Shown here: positions 28,201 to 39,319 of the stretch, in pieces
Numbering within the stretch: the first letter of the stretch is position 1
Layout: each line of letters starts with the position of its first letter
DNA from: Obrimoposthia wandeli
Taxonomy: Eukaryota
Reading direction: 5' to 3'
Length of the DNA stretch: 64,000 nucleotides
Assembly (NCBI GenBank): GCA_977020255.1
Contig: CDROCS010001419.1
Coordinates: 372,001 to 436,000, forward strand
Program-made: the position numbers and the translations under genes
The notes under the pieces: model-generated
The model's input: only the letters and a program-made list of their open reading frames with translations
The model's database searches: none
What the model was told of the DNA's origin: nothing

Positions 28201-29632
28201 TACATTCTCTTGAAGCCATGAAATAGTCGCATTGGCTGTGTGTGCTGTAGCGCCATCTTGTTGCCAAATCCACGATTCACCATCCATTACGTTGATTATG
28301 TCTTGGAACATTGGGGGGAACATCTCATTACGATACACATGCTGATTAACTGTTTTCTTTTTTCTTTTTGAAGAACCAACATTATTCGGTACTTCAGCGA
28401 AGCCTTCAATAAATCTTAGTTGTGATTTTCCATGCCACGATACTGCACCATAAATCATTATTGATGGCTGCTGTCGATCAACTTCAACAATTAATTCTTC
28501 GTTTGGAATATCGGTTTTCACCGTAACTTCTCTGTATATGCGTTCATTTTGACTATTTATTGGAGGAGAGATATTGAATGAGGCTTCATCAGAGAACCAA
28601 ACTTTTTTCCATAAATCCTCATGTTGGAAACGTTCTAGCAAGTTAATTGATTTCAAGTTTCGAGCTTCTTTGTGACGTTCTGTCAGTTTGTGACATTGTA
28701 TACGTTTATAACATTTTAGAGAACATATTCGTAATTCTCTAAAGACTGATGTCTTTGATATTCCTAATTTTTTAGCAATTTGTCTTTGGCTGCTATGCCT
28801 ATGACGAGGACTGCTTACAGGGGTTACAGCCAGTGCTTTTATTTCCTGCTTCATTGGAGTAGTTATTATTTTTAAACTTCCTGATCCTTTCTTTCTTTTT
28901 TTAGCCATCTTCAACCGAACACATGCTGCATAAAACTGATTTTCAGTTATTTTACTAAAAAACTGGGGTAAAATGCTTTTACATTTTTCAAGTCCCCACT
29001 TAGGATTTTCTTCTTTAAATAAAATAATTACTTGCCTTTGAAAATTAGAAATTTGTGGCGTCATAATTTAAATCTAATAAAATTTTAATATTTTATAATA
29101 TTTAAAACTTACATTTATTGAAAATAGATAAAAATAATTCTTTTAAACAAATCCTTTGGTTTTCTACGGACCACCCTGTAATTCAACAGCATGTTTGTTC
29201 ACACTCACAGAACACAAATTCAACAAGGAAAAGTCTTCACTTATCCTTGATCTGTTTTATATAGATACAAAGATACCCACATTCACTAAACATCCAATGT
29301 TTCAGAGCCAGGATAACTCATTACAATGTGCCTTTCCTATTTATTATGTAATTTCTATTTAAGTTAGTTATAGATAAATTCATTTTTTATTGAAATAAAA
29401 TGCGTCAAACTATTTGATAGAATTGAAATTATGTCAGAGAAATAAAAGGGTAAACCTGTAATTGTTGTCGATATGGTAGATGTCGAAGCGGGGGAATCCT
29501 GGTGCAGTTTCTTTGTTAACAGAGTTTCACCATATTGCTTTCAGGATGTCTGAGGTGACCCAGAAGAAGATTGTGTTCTGCAACTCTATAGAGCAGCTTT
29601 CCATCTACCTGGACCCGATTATTCTTCCATAG
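1238..29632 (+). CDS. CRAL-TRIO (Sec14-like) lipid-binding/transfer protein gene, 6 coding exons, 219 aa
   Basis: Exons 1238-1291, 1328-1354, 1397-1593, 10611-10695, 26894-27102 and 29545-29632 all have GT-AG introns with matching phases and join to 660 nt. The product reads [42 protein letters not shown]...[12 protein letters not shown]...[17 protein letters not shown]...KYMIFII-ERLC...[17 protein letters not shown]...[40 protein letters not shown]...YLDPIILP*, a typical CRAL-TRIO N-domain plus Sec14 domain. Confidence 0.9.
1328..1354 (+). CDS. CRAL-TRIO gene 27-nt micro-exon 2 (NNFNDEELD)
   Basis: Acceptor ttttag at 1327 and donor gttagt at 1355, phase 0 on both sides; it could also be skipped without a frameshift. 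Confidence 0.5.
1397..1593 (+). CDS. CRAL-TRIO gene exon 3 (CRAL-TRIO N-terminal domain)
   Basis: Acceptor atttag; [11 protein letters not shown]...YLIWRKDF motif; phase-2 donor AG|gtaata. Confidence 0.85.
1678..5351 (-). mobile_element. Foldback/MuDR-like DNA element with ~535-bp terminal inverted repeats and a decayed internal gene
   Basis: About 1678-2212 is the reverse complement of about 4812-5351 over hundreds of bases. The interior has broken minus-strand coding blocks. No TSD identified. Confidence 0.75.
2634..2900 (-). pseudogene. Spliced PHD-finger relic at the 3' end of the foldback element's internal gene
   Basis: Reads [21 protein letters not shown] / intron / [34 protein letters not shown] (C4HC3). 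The junction is one base short of a clean W-I splice. Confidence 0.75.
8330..8830 (+). mobile_element. Non-LTR retrotransposon 3' relic with restriction-like endonuclease (R2/R4/NeSL-type)
   Basis: CCHC remnant (YGCK...ETVSH...RHDMVV), then RPDITV...EI*VPFD...KYQNL...KVGTLGFW, matching the PD-(D/E)xK RLE domain; stops present. Confidence 0.7.
9189..9211. repeat. (AT)n microsatellite
   Basis: Uninterrupted AT run. Confidence 0.9.
10611..10695 (+). CDS. CRAL-TRIO gene exon 4 ([29 protein letters not shown])
   Basis: Acceptor tttacag and donor gtgagt; completes the split Arg codon and supplies the missing 'RP+Y' strand of Sec14. Confidence 0.88.
11040..11320 (+). mobile_element. DNA transposase C-terminal relic, Chapaev3/Transib-like (CMC)
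   Basis: [41 protein letters not shown] matches the KxHFLHSHLDFFP..[15 protein letters not shown] motif; superfamily name is from memory. Confidence 0.6.
12970..13133 (-). repeat. BEL/Pao 3' LTR (alignable part)
   Basis: Begins TGTTGG on the minus strand right after the PPT; homologous to about 18545-18699. Confidence 0.75.
18351..18699 (-). repeat. BEL/Pao 5' LTR
   Basis: TGTTG...AAACA on the minus strand, followed by gttttggtt (PBS-like position); similar to 12970-13133 but diverged. Confidence 0.7.
18900..19078. mobile_element. Tc1/mariner-type MITE
   Basis: 22-bp TIR CAGTAATTATTCACCT(A/G)TAAGG with one mismatch, flanked by TA on both sides; non-coding interior. Confidence 0.9.
23751..26010 (+). 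mobile_element. Full-length hAT transposon, SPIN/GTF2IRD2-type
   Basis: TIR CAG(C/T)GCCCGGGAAA; perfect 8-bp TSD GTTTACAT at 23743-50 and 26011-18; subterminal GGCCC repeats. Confidence 0.95.
24056..25890 (+). pseudogene. hAT transposase (BED-like zinc finger, DDE, dimerisation domain) with two nonsense codons and a terminal frameshift
   Basis: ORFs 24056-24424 and 24428-25729 are in the same frame, split by one TAG. Motifs CLIC...[30 protein letters not shown] at 25727 is followed by the [13 protein letters not shown] tail and a frameshift. Confidence 0.92.
26894..27102 (+). CDS. CRAL-TRIO gene exon 5 (Sec14 core)
   Basis: Acceptor ttgtgtag; VFDLGGF..NMD and YYPERLG..NAPYIF motifs; phase-2 donor TG|gtcagt. 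Confidence 0.92.
27892..29178 (-). mobile_element. Intact Tc1/mariner superfamily transposon, DD37D (maT) family
   Basis: Perfect 30-bp TIR CAGGGTGGTCCGTAGAAAACCAAAGGATTT, TA target duplications, 1287 bp. Confidence 0.95.
27940..29064 (-). CDS. DD37D transposase, 374 aa, uninterrupted
   Basis: [17 protein letters not shown] and [13 protein letters not shown], with 37 residues between the second and third Asp; HTH region in the N-half. Confidence 0.95.
   Translation of the reverse strand: MTPQISNFQRQVIILFKEENPKWGLEKCKSILPQFFSKITENQFYAACVRLKMAKKRKKGSGSLKIITTPMKQEIKALAVTPVSSPRHRHSSQRQIAKKLGISKTSVFRELRICSLKCYKRIQCHKLTERHKEARNLKSINLLERFQHEDLWKKVWFSDEASFNISPPINSQNERIYREVTVKTDIPNEELIVEVDRQQPSIMIYGAVSWHGKSQLRFIEGFAEVPNNVGSSKRKKKTVNQHVYRNEMFPPMFQDIINVMDGESWIWQQDGATAHTANATISWLQENVPSLIMPLDWPSKSPDLNVMDYAIWGIVLHELQLVREEVSTIDELKLFLTQAWDNISLDTIRKATSSWIKRLQTCRDNEGKHFEHLL
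29545..29632 (+). CDS. CRAL-TRIO gene terminal exon 6
   Basis: Acceptor ctttcag; the first G completes Trp; [11 protein letters not shown]...YLDPIILP then TAG; AATAAA signals near 29884 and 29931. Confidence 0.88.
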
Positions 29633-30652
29633 ACACAACCCACTCTACAGTGTGCCGTCTACTGGAGACTTCCTTGGGTTCTCTTGGAATTATTTTCCTT
29701 CCATTTGGTCTGTCCTGTTAATCAACACCTCAGATATTTATTTTGAAATTGTAGATGACCTTCTCATGACTTATCACCGATTTAAGTCATTTAATTCAAC
29801 ATCATATATATCTTTATACACCAACTTTGAATTAAACACAAATATATGAGATGCATTGTGTTAAGATTTTACAACTGAAATCAATAAAATTGTAGATGTT
29901 CCGTCAAATCCTGGTTCTACATGAGCGTCGAATAAAAGTCTAGTTTTAGAGAATGAACAACTCGAATGAATATCACTAGTGATCAGGAAAAAGAAAACAC
30001 ATTTAAAAGTTGATTTCTAAATCATTACCTTTTTTTCTCAATTAAAATACTCCAAATGCCTTCAAGAATTATCACATCATTTATTATACTAGTTATAAAA
30101 TATTCATGAATTTACTTCAGATTTATAAAATGGACACGAGATAGATATTTATGAATTCATATCGAGTGAAGATTTTCAGAGTTTGAAGAAATTTGTGCAT
30201 ATTTTATAAAGTTATTGTAAAACTTTATTTTGTAAATCAGTATGAGCATAAGTACTGCATCATTTACGATGTTAACACAAAATTGTATTTTCTTCTTTGC
30301 TCATACTTATAGTCAAATTATAGGTCGAATGATTGTTGACTGTCACATATCTGGTGGGAAATTTTCTAATTGTTTTTAATCATCTTTGATGTTTTGCTCG
30401 TGTTATTACTGCCTCCCATTTCACTGCAAATCTGTACTACAATGACGAGACTTGACATTTTGACTACAAATTAATTAAATAGCTGCAGTAATGACATGTT
30501 TTGCATGTATTATTGTTTAAGTAACATACAACATATATTTGATCATCGACTGCAATCAGAGACATAGCCCAATAGACAAGCCCAAATATCTAATCACAGA
30601 ACGTTTCATGAGTGATAATCAGTTATGCAGCAGTTTACAATGTCTTTAAGAA

Positions 30653-31597
30653 GAATGTAGTACGTTTAGGATTAGGACGCTTCCGACTTTACATATTTAT
30701 GTAGAAAATGGTGTTTTTTCTAATAGGCTCTATGGGTAAATTCAGAAAATGTCATTTTTATTATTTTATAAAATATTACAGTTCAATCAAATAATCAATC
30801 AGACTTAGATGTTTGGCTGTCCACCTCCCAAGTTGTGGCTAATGCCTCGAAAGAAATCAGGGATAGCACTGTCAACGACAAACCCAACCAAATCTTCACA
30901 TTTTCCACTAGTGAAAACCCTATCAACTTCCTCAAGTACGACAACGGCCCAGGTGCTGAGGAAAGTGTAATCGTATTCGCAACTAAGTTCCACCGGCACC
31001 GTCTTACTTCTTGTGACACTTGATGCATGGACGGTACTTTTGCTGTTGCACCTCACATCTTCCACCAGCTGCATGTGACAGCCAAACCTTACTGTAAAAA
31101 TTGTGATAAATAAATGATTGAACTGTAATATTTAGTTTTAATATTTTCTTATAAAATAATAAAATGTAAAAATCTGAATTGACTCAAATCTATTTTTTTT
31201 ATAAAAGTTACAAATAACATTCTAAGCAATGGATCACTCGGCTCAGTCGTCGATGAAGAACGCAGCAAACTGTGTGAATTAATGTGAATCGCACAACGCT
31301 CTGATCATTGACATTTTGAACGCATATTGCGGCTACGGGTCAACCTGTAGCCACGTCTAATTCAGTGTCGGCATTATACTTATCGTTACGTCCAATAGTA
31401 ACGTTTTGAGAGTTCACTTTAACATTGTTAAGGTGTCTCTTTAAGGTGATAGTTGTATCTTAAAATTCTTATAAATTGACTCAAAAAATTTATTAAAAAT
31501 AATATCAATTTCTACCAAAAAAAAACCATTAAAATTTCGAAACGCCAACTTTAAAAATGCCAGTCCGAAATGTCCGAATCCGAAACGTCATGCATCC
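30653..31597 (+). mobile_element. Internally deleted Mutator-like element (MULE) with long TIRs
   Basis: Transposase remnant FLKYDNGPG..VIVFAT..LTSCDT*CMDGTFAVAPHIFHQL at 30835-31080; imperfect long inverted ends; (c)tttaagaa 8-9-bp target duplication on both sides. Confidence 0.8.
31216..31371 (+). rRNA. 5.8S rRNA: Isolated 5.8S rRNA copy (probably pseudogenic), followed by ~100 nt of possible ITS2
   Basis: ctaagcaatggatcactcggctc..gtcgatgaagaacgcagc, the conserved gaattaatgtgaa and ttgaacgcatattgcggc motifs, and the terminal hairpin; no 18S or 28S nearby. Confidence 0.92.
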
Positions 31598-34500
31598 TTT
31601 AAGAAGCAAGAAGGAACAGGATCCACTGAGTGACAATCGGAAGTAGGAAACTATCTCAAGCCCGAAACAGACATCGAGTCAGCGAAATCAGTCTTCCAAT
31701 ACTACGATACAGTTTGTTATGCTGGTTTCCATGCTTATGAAAGTCTTAGATAATAGCTCTCAATTGTATAATGTGAATAAGTGTGTCTTATACAAATATT
31801 TTTGCTATATTACATATACCAAATATATATGCAGGTAATCGTTGTACATGTGTACAGATATAAACCATACTTATGGTATACCATTAGATAAAATCTGTAA
31901 TATTGAAAAATTGTCCGAAAAAATAGGTTAATTAAAATAGTGTAAAACATTTGAATAGAGTCATTTGTAATAAATGTGGTGTGTAAAATATTTGAAAATT
32001 TGAAAACAGTCAGGTAAAATGGAAATTTTGCTAAAAAATTGGTAAAATAGACAGCACGTTCACGGGCCTGTCATCTATTTTGTGTAAAATAGTTGGAAGC
32101 AGTTTTTGCATATATTGTATTACATTTAGCGCAAAATGGGGTTGACTTAGAATGAATTTTAAGTTCTCAACAGCGTCATTGATTACTTTGGGAGCTCATG
32201 AAATGTCGATACTTGTAAAACGAAAATAACTCACAACAGATTGTTCATTTCCCGCTGTTTTCCAACGTGAACTTTGAACGCATTTCAAATATGTGCCAGA
32301 AACATAGCTCGTGAATTCAAGTATCCATTTTACTATTTACGACTATGTATATCAAAATTCAATCATTTACAATCGCAATATCTATAAGACACCAATACTG
32401 TTTTGGTTCACAAAGTAGCCAAGATAATTCACTCTTCGCATTCCCTTGTTATATAATGCAATCATTGCAGGAATTTTGATGCCTTGTTGCGACAATTTCG
32501 TTTTCGACCATCTCTCGAAAATTTCCTTAGATTATTCTATGAAGTAAGAGTTAGTTTCGACAGTGACACTTATTTTCCAACCATTTTCCAAACTCGATGT
32601 TATTTTTCTTGTCGAATTACGTTCTTTATCAGTGCTAAAAGAACATTTTTGGTTCTATTCTCACGAATGGTTCCAACAGAAATGATATCTTTTTTAAAGT
32701 GTCGACAAAAGATAGTAGCTTGTGAAGAAATTATTCACAAAACACAGTGTTCTGATGAAACACTTGCTTCTTGAATGAAGTGGAGAACTACCTTGCAACT
32801 CAAACACAATTTATCATGATTAATATTGTTATTTTATAGGAAAACATGATTTTTGTATGTATGAAGCTATCTACGATTGACTAGAAATTGGGAGATGCTA
32901 CAATTGGCACAGCCTGAGTAAAAATACAAAAAATATAACAGAGAGTATGCTTTAAAATATTACCTGTTTAATTTATCTTTCGAATTGATATCCTTTGAAT
33001 TAAATTTTATTATTATTTTTGAATTGTATCATTATCAATTTGAAGCAGTACAACAATTGCATTAACAAGGGTTTATAGAAAAATCGTACAGTATTATAGT
33101 TTTCAGTATGATGGTTCATATAGACGCTTTCTGTTTTCTAATTCTAGTCGAACTTCATCTGTAAAAACCACTTTTTGCCAAGAATTATAATTCCAATTCA
33201 TTATAGAATTACAAGAATCTAATCGTTTCTTTTAAATAATTTTAAGCGATTGAAGTAACCCTGCATATTTCTTAAATAATTTAAATTGAAAACTAATGAT
33301 TTCCAGGACTTTCCTGGAAGAAAAAAATGGATTCTGATTAATACTTCTTTTGATTTTCAGCTTTACATAATTGTTTAAGGATTCTTTTTGCGAATAATGA
33401 TGATTAATAATACCTTTCTTAATATGAACTCTGTTTAGAAAATTAGCAATTGTAGAATGGTCTCGATTAAATATTTTGTCAATTTCCCGATATGTTCTCC
33501 ATCATTGAGCTTATTTGAAATTAGAATTTTTTATTCATGTGTCATTTGCTTTCTTATTTCATATGCGCTGTACACTTCTAAAATTTATAATTCATATTTT
33601 AAATATAAAATATTTACCGGTAAGAGTATGGTGAATTTCAAATGTCGTAATAATTTGTGTACATAGGCTTAATAAATATAACTTATTACTATTTTTGATA
33701 AAATAAATTGTAAATTGCTTAATATGTTTTAATTTAAGTAGAGTTAACAAATTAATAAGTAAATAAATTAATCAATCTTTTGAAAAAAAATTATATTTTT
33801 AATGTGGAATTTCAAGTGTAGTATATGTATGAGAATTTGTAGTTTGTAGTATTACGAATTTCATATAATGTTTTAATATATTTATGTTTAAAATATTAAA
33901 ATAAATACGTTTCTTTTTAATAACTAGCTTAAGGCGAAGCAAAATTATTACACATTACTCTATGTATTATTGACCTATTGGTACTTTAAATGTGTCTTAT
34001 TCAATGTATTTATCTGATTAATTGCCTATCCTTTAAAAATCGTCTAGCATAAAATAATGGTAAAGTTCATAACTCACAATAACTATAAAATAGTTCCTGT
34101 CGAAACAACGACGCACTACATCAATTGTAAAAGTCTTTAATATATTTATTGCACTTTACTTATTTTAATTGAATATTTGACTACTTTTGGAAAGCTTATA
34201 TTTAATATTAATACATATATTCTTTAAACAATGAAACATTTCAGTCAGAACGTTCATTATATTACAAAAAATTTGTTATATAGAACATACACCTTCAAAA
34301 TTATTTCGAAAATGAAGATTAGGATATTTAGGTTCAGAATGTACAAAAATTATTTATAAAAGTTTTTATCATGTAGAAAAATCGAAACGCTTTAAAGCAT
34401 GTGTAAATCAATAAATGTAAATGTTAAATTCATTATAAAATAATTAAGCCAAATGTTTTATATGAAAATGGGGCTTATATTTTCTAAACTTTTTCAAAAA

Positions 34501-35499
34501 TGCTGACTCTAAAAGAACTAAAGAATGGGGAGATTAAAAAAATATGTATGTTAAGTAAAGAAAAATGTGGAAAATCAAAACATAATTGCAGGAGGATGTT
34601 TAAATCTAACATTACCAGTTCTTGAGCAATGACTCAAACATAGGATATGCTCAAATGGAAAAAAATTAAAAGTATCTATGAAGTCGATTCATTTAAGATT
34701 GACAAGTACATTAGAGGAAATGATTTATCTATTCACCAAAAGATTATATGCACAATTTAATTCCCTATCCGGCAACTATTCCAGTGATTGCTGAATTGGT
34801 AAAAATGCATGAGAAGCAATACCAAATGAGAAGAGAAACAGTCGATAAAAGTGCGATCAATTAATACTGAACTTGATGGTTCTGAAGATCACTTGATTGA
34901 ATGCATTTCAAAGCGAAGCAAATAAATACTGTTGATTAATGCTGACAGAACAACGAAGTAAAGAAAAAAGTACAAATTAACAAAAATTAAGAAGACCGAG
35001 CAGATTAGGATATAATTGGGATTTCGAAGAAACAATATAGAATGGTGCGATTCTGATGAGTCAAACTGAGCTGTTAAACCAAATATTTTATATGTCTTGT
35101 TATCTTCCTGTTTTATTTTGTTAACTTTCTTATAGTTTTATTTCATAATCGCTGAAGAAATTTTTTCCGAATGTTAAAAATCGCTAATAAAATTGAGAAA
35201 ATCTTCATTTGATTTCCGCTTCCTTTGTTTGTTATCGTGGATTTTCTAATTTTATTGTTTATTGGCCGGCAATAATGTATAAAAATAATAAAATACTTGA
35301 AAAGATTCTTTTTCAATCTGGATTAAATTTTCAAATTTGGTTCTTACTCAAACTTCTCTATACGTCAGACAAAAAACTCACGTTCATGCCCTTCAAAGCT
35401 GCAATTCAACTTTATATTGGATATGTCGTTGTTTTTTTCTGTAAAATTTAACAATAAATACACCAACTAGTGATATTAACTCATGATTATAAGAATAGA

Positions 35500-36433
35500 A
35501 TTAATGAAAAAACTTATTTAAAGATTAAAAATCCTATCAATCTGTAAAGTCAATGGCTTCGAAAAGTCTGATGATGATCGAGTCTGTATTGATTGCAGAT
35601 CCTCTATCTGGTTTTGACCAGGGAAGGGATCAGACAGCTCAAAGATGTTGGTCCAATTTCTCAAAGAGCACATTAATGAACAATTTTGGAAAACGAAATT
35701 AATCAATAAATATATAGCACCGGCAATTGTTCGCAAATCTCTCAATATTTGTCTGAACAAGTCAAAGTTGATTATTTTCAGTTATGGAAAATTCGATTTG
35801 ATCTTTTCACAATTAGTCTCCTATTTGTAATTGACATAGATTATAGAGATATTTTGCTTAGAAAAATATTAATCTTGAAAATATTATTAAAGATTATAAT
35901 GTTAAAAAAGATAATTTAAAAAAAAACATGAGATACATCAAATTTATATGATGTTCCGTCTTTTAAATGTTTATTAAATTTTGTGTTATATGTAAGATTA
36001 GTTTTTTTATTATTGCAACTTTCAAATATATCTCCAAATATGGAAGATACTCATCCTCTAATTCTCTTTTTATAAATTTTTACCTTTTGATTCTTTTTGA
36101 TAATGTTTTAATTATTCTTATCATTTTTAGACCACATAACCATGTTAAACCTCGAGAAGAAGAACAATAACTTGAATCTATTTCATAATGTTCTAAACAG
36201 ACATTTCTAAAGTTTTCAAATATATCAGATAAGATAAACACATCAAATTTTAAATCTTTCATAGTGTAATGATACAATGTTTTACAACTTAAATCTTTCC
36301 AATTAATTTCAGATGCTTCATAATCATCTTTGGATATTTTAGAAAGTATTAACATTATAAAGAATTTATTATGTGGAGGTAATTGTGTTTCATTCATTAT
36401 ATCTTCAATATCATTAAAATCATTTTAATATTT

Positions 36434-36478
<45 letters not shown>

Positions 36479-36900
36479 TTAAAATTTGATAATCTTCAAG
36501 TTTTAAAGTTTTACCGATTGCTTCTAAACTAAAAGGTGTGAAGAATCTGAGAATCTGGAAGCATATAGAATTATAATCTTTCCAATTTGTACAAATATAT
36601 ATTCTTCATCAGTTTTTGAGCATATTTAAACTTTTATATTTTTAATAATTTAATAAAGATTAAATGTATATCATATTTCGAACCATTGTAAAAGTTAAAG
36701 TACATAGGTACAAAATCTATAAATTTAGCTTTTAGATTACATTTGGAATATGCAGCACATATATATTTTCCATTTGAATGATCATGATCTCTAACTTTAT
36801 TTTTTTACTATTCTTTTTACTATTTAGTAAATTAATAGATTCATTACAATAAAAACATTTATCAGAATTCATATATTCTTCTTTTTTTAATTGTTATATT
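35500..36900 (-). mobile_element. Polinton/Maverick protein-primed DNA polymerase B relic, downstream part
   Basis: KVRDHDHSNGKY..A..KCNL (EndoVII-like), RFSDSS, ETQLPP..ISKDDY..LKFDVFILSDIFENFRNVCLEHYEID..GLTW..LK; left end approximate. Confidence 0.78.
36439..36474. repeat. (AT)n microsatellite
   Basis: Uninterrupted AT run. Confidence 0.9.
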
Positions 36901-36980
36901 CATTTCTATATTTATTTTAAAATATTATTAAAGCCTTTTGCTAGAGCTATGAATGTTTTCATAAAGTTTTCTGTTGCATC

Positions 36981-39020
36981 ATGTCCATAATGAGTAATAC
37001 ATTGAGATTTATTGTGAAGAAATTGTGGTTGTATGAAATAAGTCTGGCATCAAAGATCGGTATTGGAGATAATATTGTGAAATTTGCGCTAGTCGCTGGC
37101 CTGCCTTCAGACACTTCAGAAGCTCTGGAGATTTCGATGAAGTCTGGAAACTGTTCCTTAGAGCAAGTTATAGCTGAAGCCCGGATTAGGATGACAAAAT
37201 TGGAATTAAAGGTATCTTCCAAGTTGGAGATGTCGCAGCTCATTATAGAAAAAGGATAATTAGTTCCGGAATCAAATGCTTCCGATGTGGAGATGAAAGC
37301 CATGTTTCTAGAAACTGCTATGTGGAAGAAAAACGCAGATGCTACATCTGTAATATAGTTGGTCACTTGGCGTCAGTATGTCCCAAACGAGAATCAAAAA
37401 ACCACGAAGGGAGTTCGTATGCGCCAGCAGCTCTCCCAATGATACGGCGTATATTCCAACAGTTATCATCCATGTTGAAACTAAAGCTTTAAGAGCAATG
37501 GTTGATACGGGAAGTCGTGGATGTCGTGGACAAGGATTTCCATGCAAAGTTCGAGAATGGCAGATGGATGGCGAGATGGGAATGGAAAGAAGGAATCATG
37601 AAGCCAGCTCTACAGAACCAGGTAAGTCAATATCGGGTAAAGGATGAGGCACTAAATCAATTTGAAGAAGAGATTGAAGAATGGATAGAACAAAGTTGTC
37701 TGAGAAAGTATGATGGTGAGCACATTGGTGTAATACCTTCCATGGGCGTTCTACAGCAAATCAAAGGAAAAGTTCGTCCTGTGATGGATTACCGAGAGCT
37801 TAACGATTATGTTTCCAGCCATACAGCTCAAAGTTAAGTATGCGGCGAAAAGCTGAGAGAAAGGAGGAGATTGGGAGACAACTTGAGCATTGTTGATTTA
37901 AGGAAGGCTTATCTACAAATCCATGTTGACCCAAGTCTGTGGAAGTATCAGGTTTTATTTTACAAAGGAGTTCGATACTGTTTAACGCGTCTTGGTTTTG
38001 GACTCAACGTAGCTCCAAAGATTATGTCAGCAATCGTAAGGAAAGTTTTGTCAATGGATCAGACGGTGGCGAGTGGAACGGATTCTTACGTAGATGATAT
38101 AGTTGTTAATGAAGAGGTAGTATCTACTGAAGAGGTTATAAATATGTTATTAAAGTACGGTTTGGAATCGAAGCCGCCAGAAAAACTGAATGGTGGTAGA
38201 GTGCTGGGACTGCAAATTCAACAAAACCAAAATGTGATGGTATGGAAGTGCGACAATGTACTAGCTAAAGTGAATGACACTTTAACACGAAGGCAAATGT
38301 TTTCTCATTGCGGTCAAATGATTGGACACTTTCTCAAAGTTGGATGGTTGAGACCGGCGTGTAGTTATTTGAAAAGATTGACAAATGGTACTAATTGGGA
38401 AGACAACGTCGAGACCAAAATTGTTGAAAAGCTAAAAGAAATTGAGGAACGTGTTTCGGAAAACGATCCTGTGCGATGAGTCTGGAGTGACTGATACGAT
38501 TGAATGAACAGTATGGTGTGATGCTAGTAGTCTCGCAATGGGAGTCGTAGTGGAAATTGATGGTTCGGTAGTTGAAGACTTCAGTTGGTTACGGAAAGAA
38601 GATGACTCCTCTCATATCAATTTGGTAGAGTTAGAAGCAGTTGTCAAAGGACTTAATTATGCGATCAAAGGGAGGCTGTCGCAAATTCTTGTTTATGCAG
38701 ATTCATCTACGGTCCATGGTTAGATAAAGTAAATTACATCGGGATACAAACGAGTAAAAACGGATGGTCTTGGATTGGCACTAGCTAATAGGCGACTGAA
38801 TCTATTGAAAACCATAATAGAAGAATGCAGACTAACTGTTAATATCAGGCTAGTAAAGTCATCAGGAAACAAAGCCGATGAGCTTACCAGAGTTTCCCAA
38901 AAGTGGCTCAATTGTGCAAGTGTGGCATGCAGTAGCGTAATCGGCAAAGAAGCAGAAATATTGGCAGTACACAAGCTGAATCATTTTGGCGTTGACAGAA
39001 CGGCCAGAGACAATTGCGAA
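36981..39020 (+). mobile_element. Ty3/Gypsy retrotransposon fragment (gag with two CCHC knuckles, protease start, RT, RNase H, integrase start)
   Basis: CFRCGDESHVSRNC and CYICNIVGHLASVC; MVDTGS; VMDYRELN, DLRKAYLQI, RLGFGLNVAP, YVDDI; WCDASSL, HINLVELEAV; HKLNHFGVDRT; several stops and a deletion. Confidence 0.9.
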
Positions 39021-39319
39021 TGAAGGAGAAGAAGAAGTCGCTTCCGAGGGTGCCAGAGAATGCTCACAAAGGGCCGTACGGCTACTGGCCTATTTAAAAG
39101 ACTATGTGTGATCTAGTCATCATGGGCGATTGTTGTTTGAAGTCTTGTTTTAATAATGTATAATCCGTGAAACGGCAGAATTTAAATATATTTTTCTCCA
39201 AGCCATCTTGGATTTGGGATTCGACTACAATAAACAACATCATAATTTTTACTATTATTTATTTAATTTAATTTATTTTGTTTAATTTATTTACAATTTA
39301 ATTTGAAATTAAGTCACGA

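Noticed and set aside
32000-35100. Scattered transposase-like fragments (VINDAVE motif; pogo-like stretch)
   Set aside because: Too degraded to give boundaries or a family with confidence.
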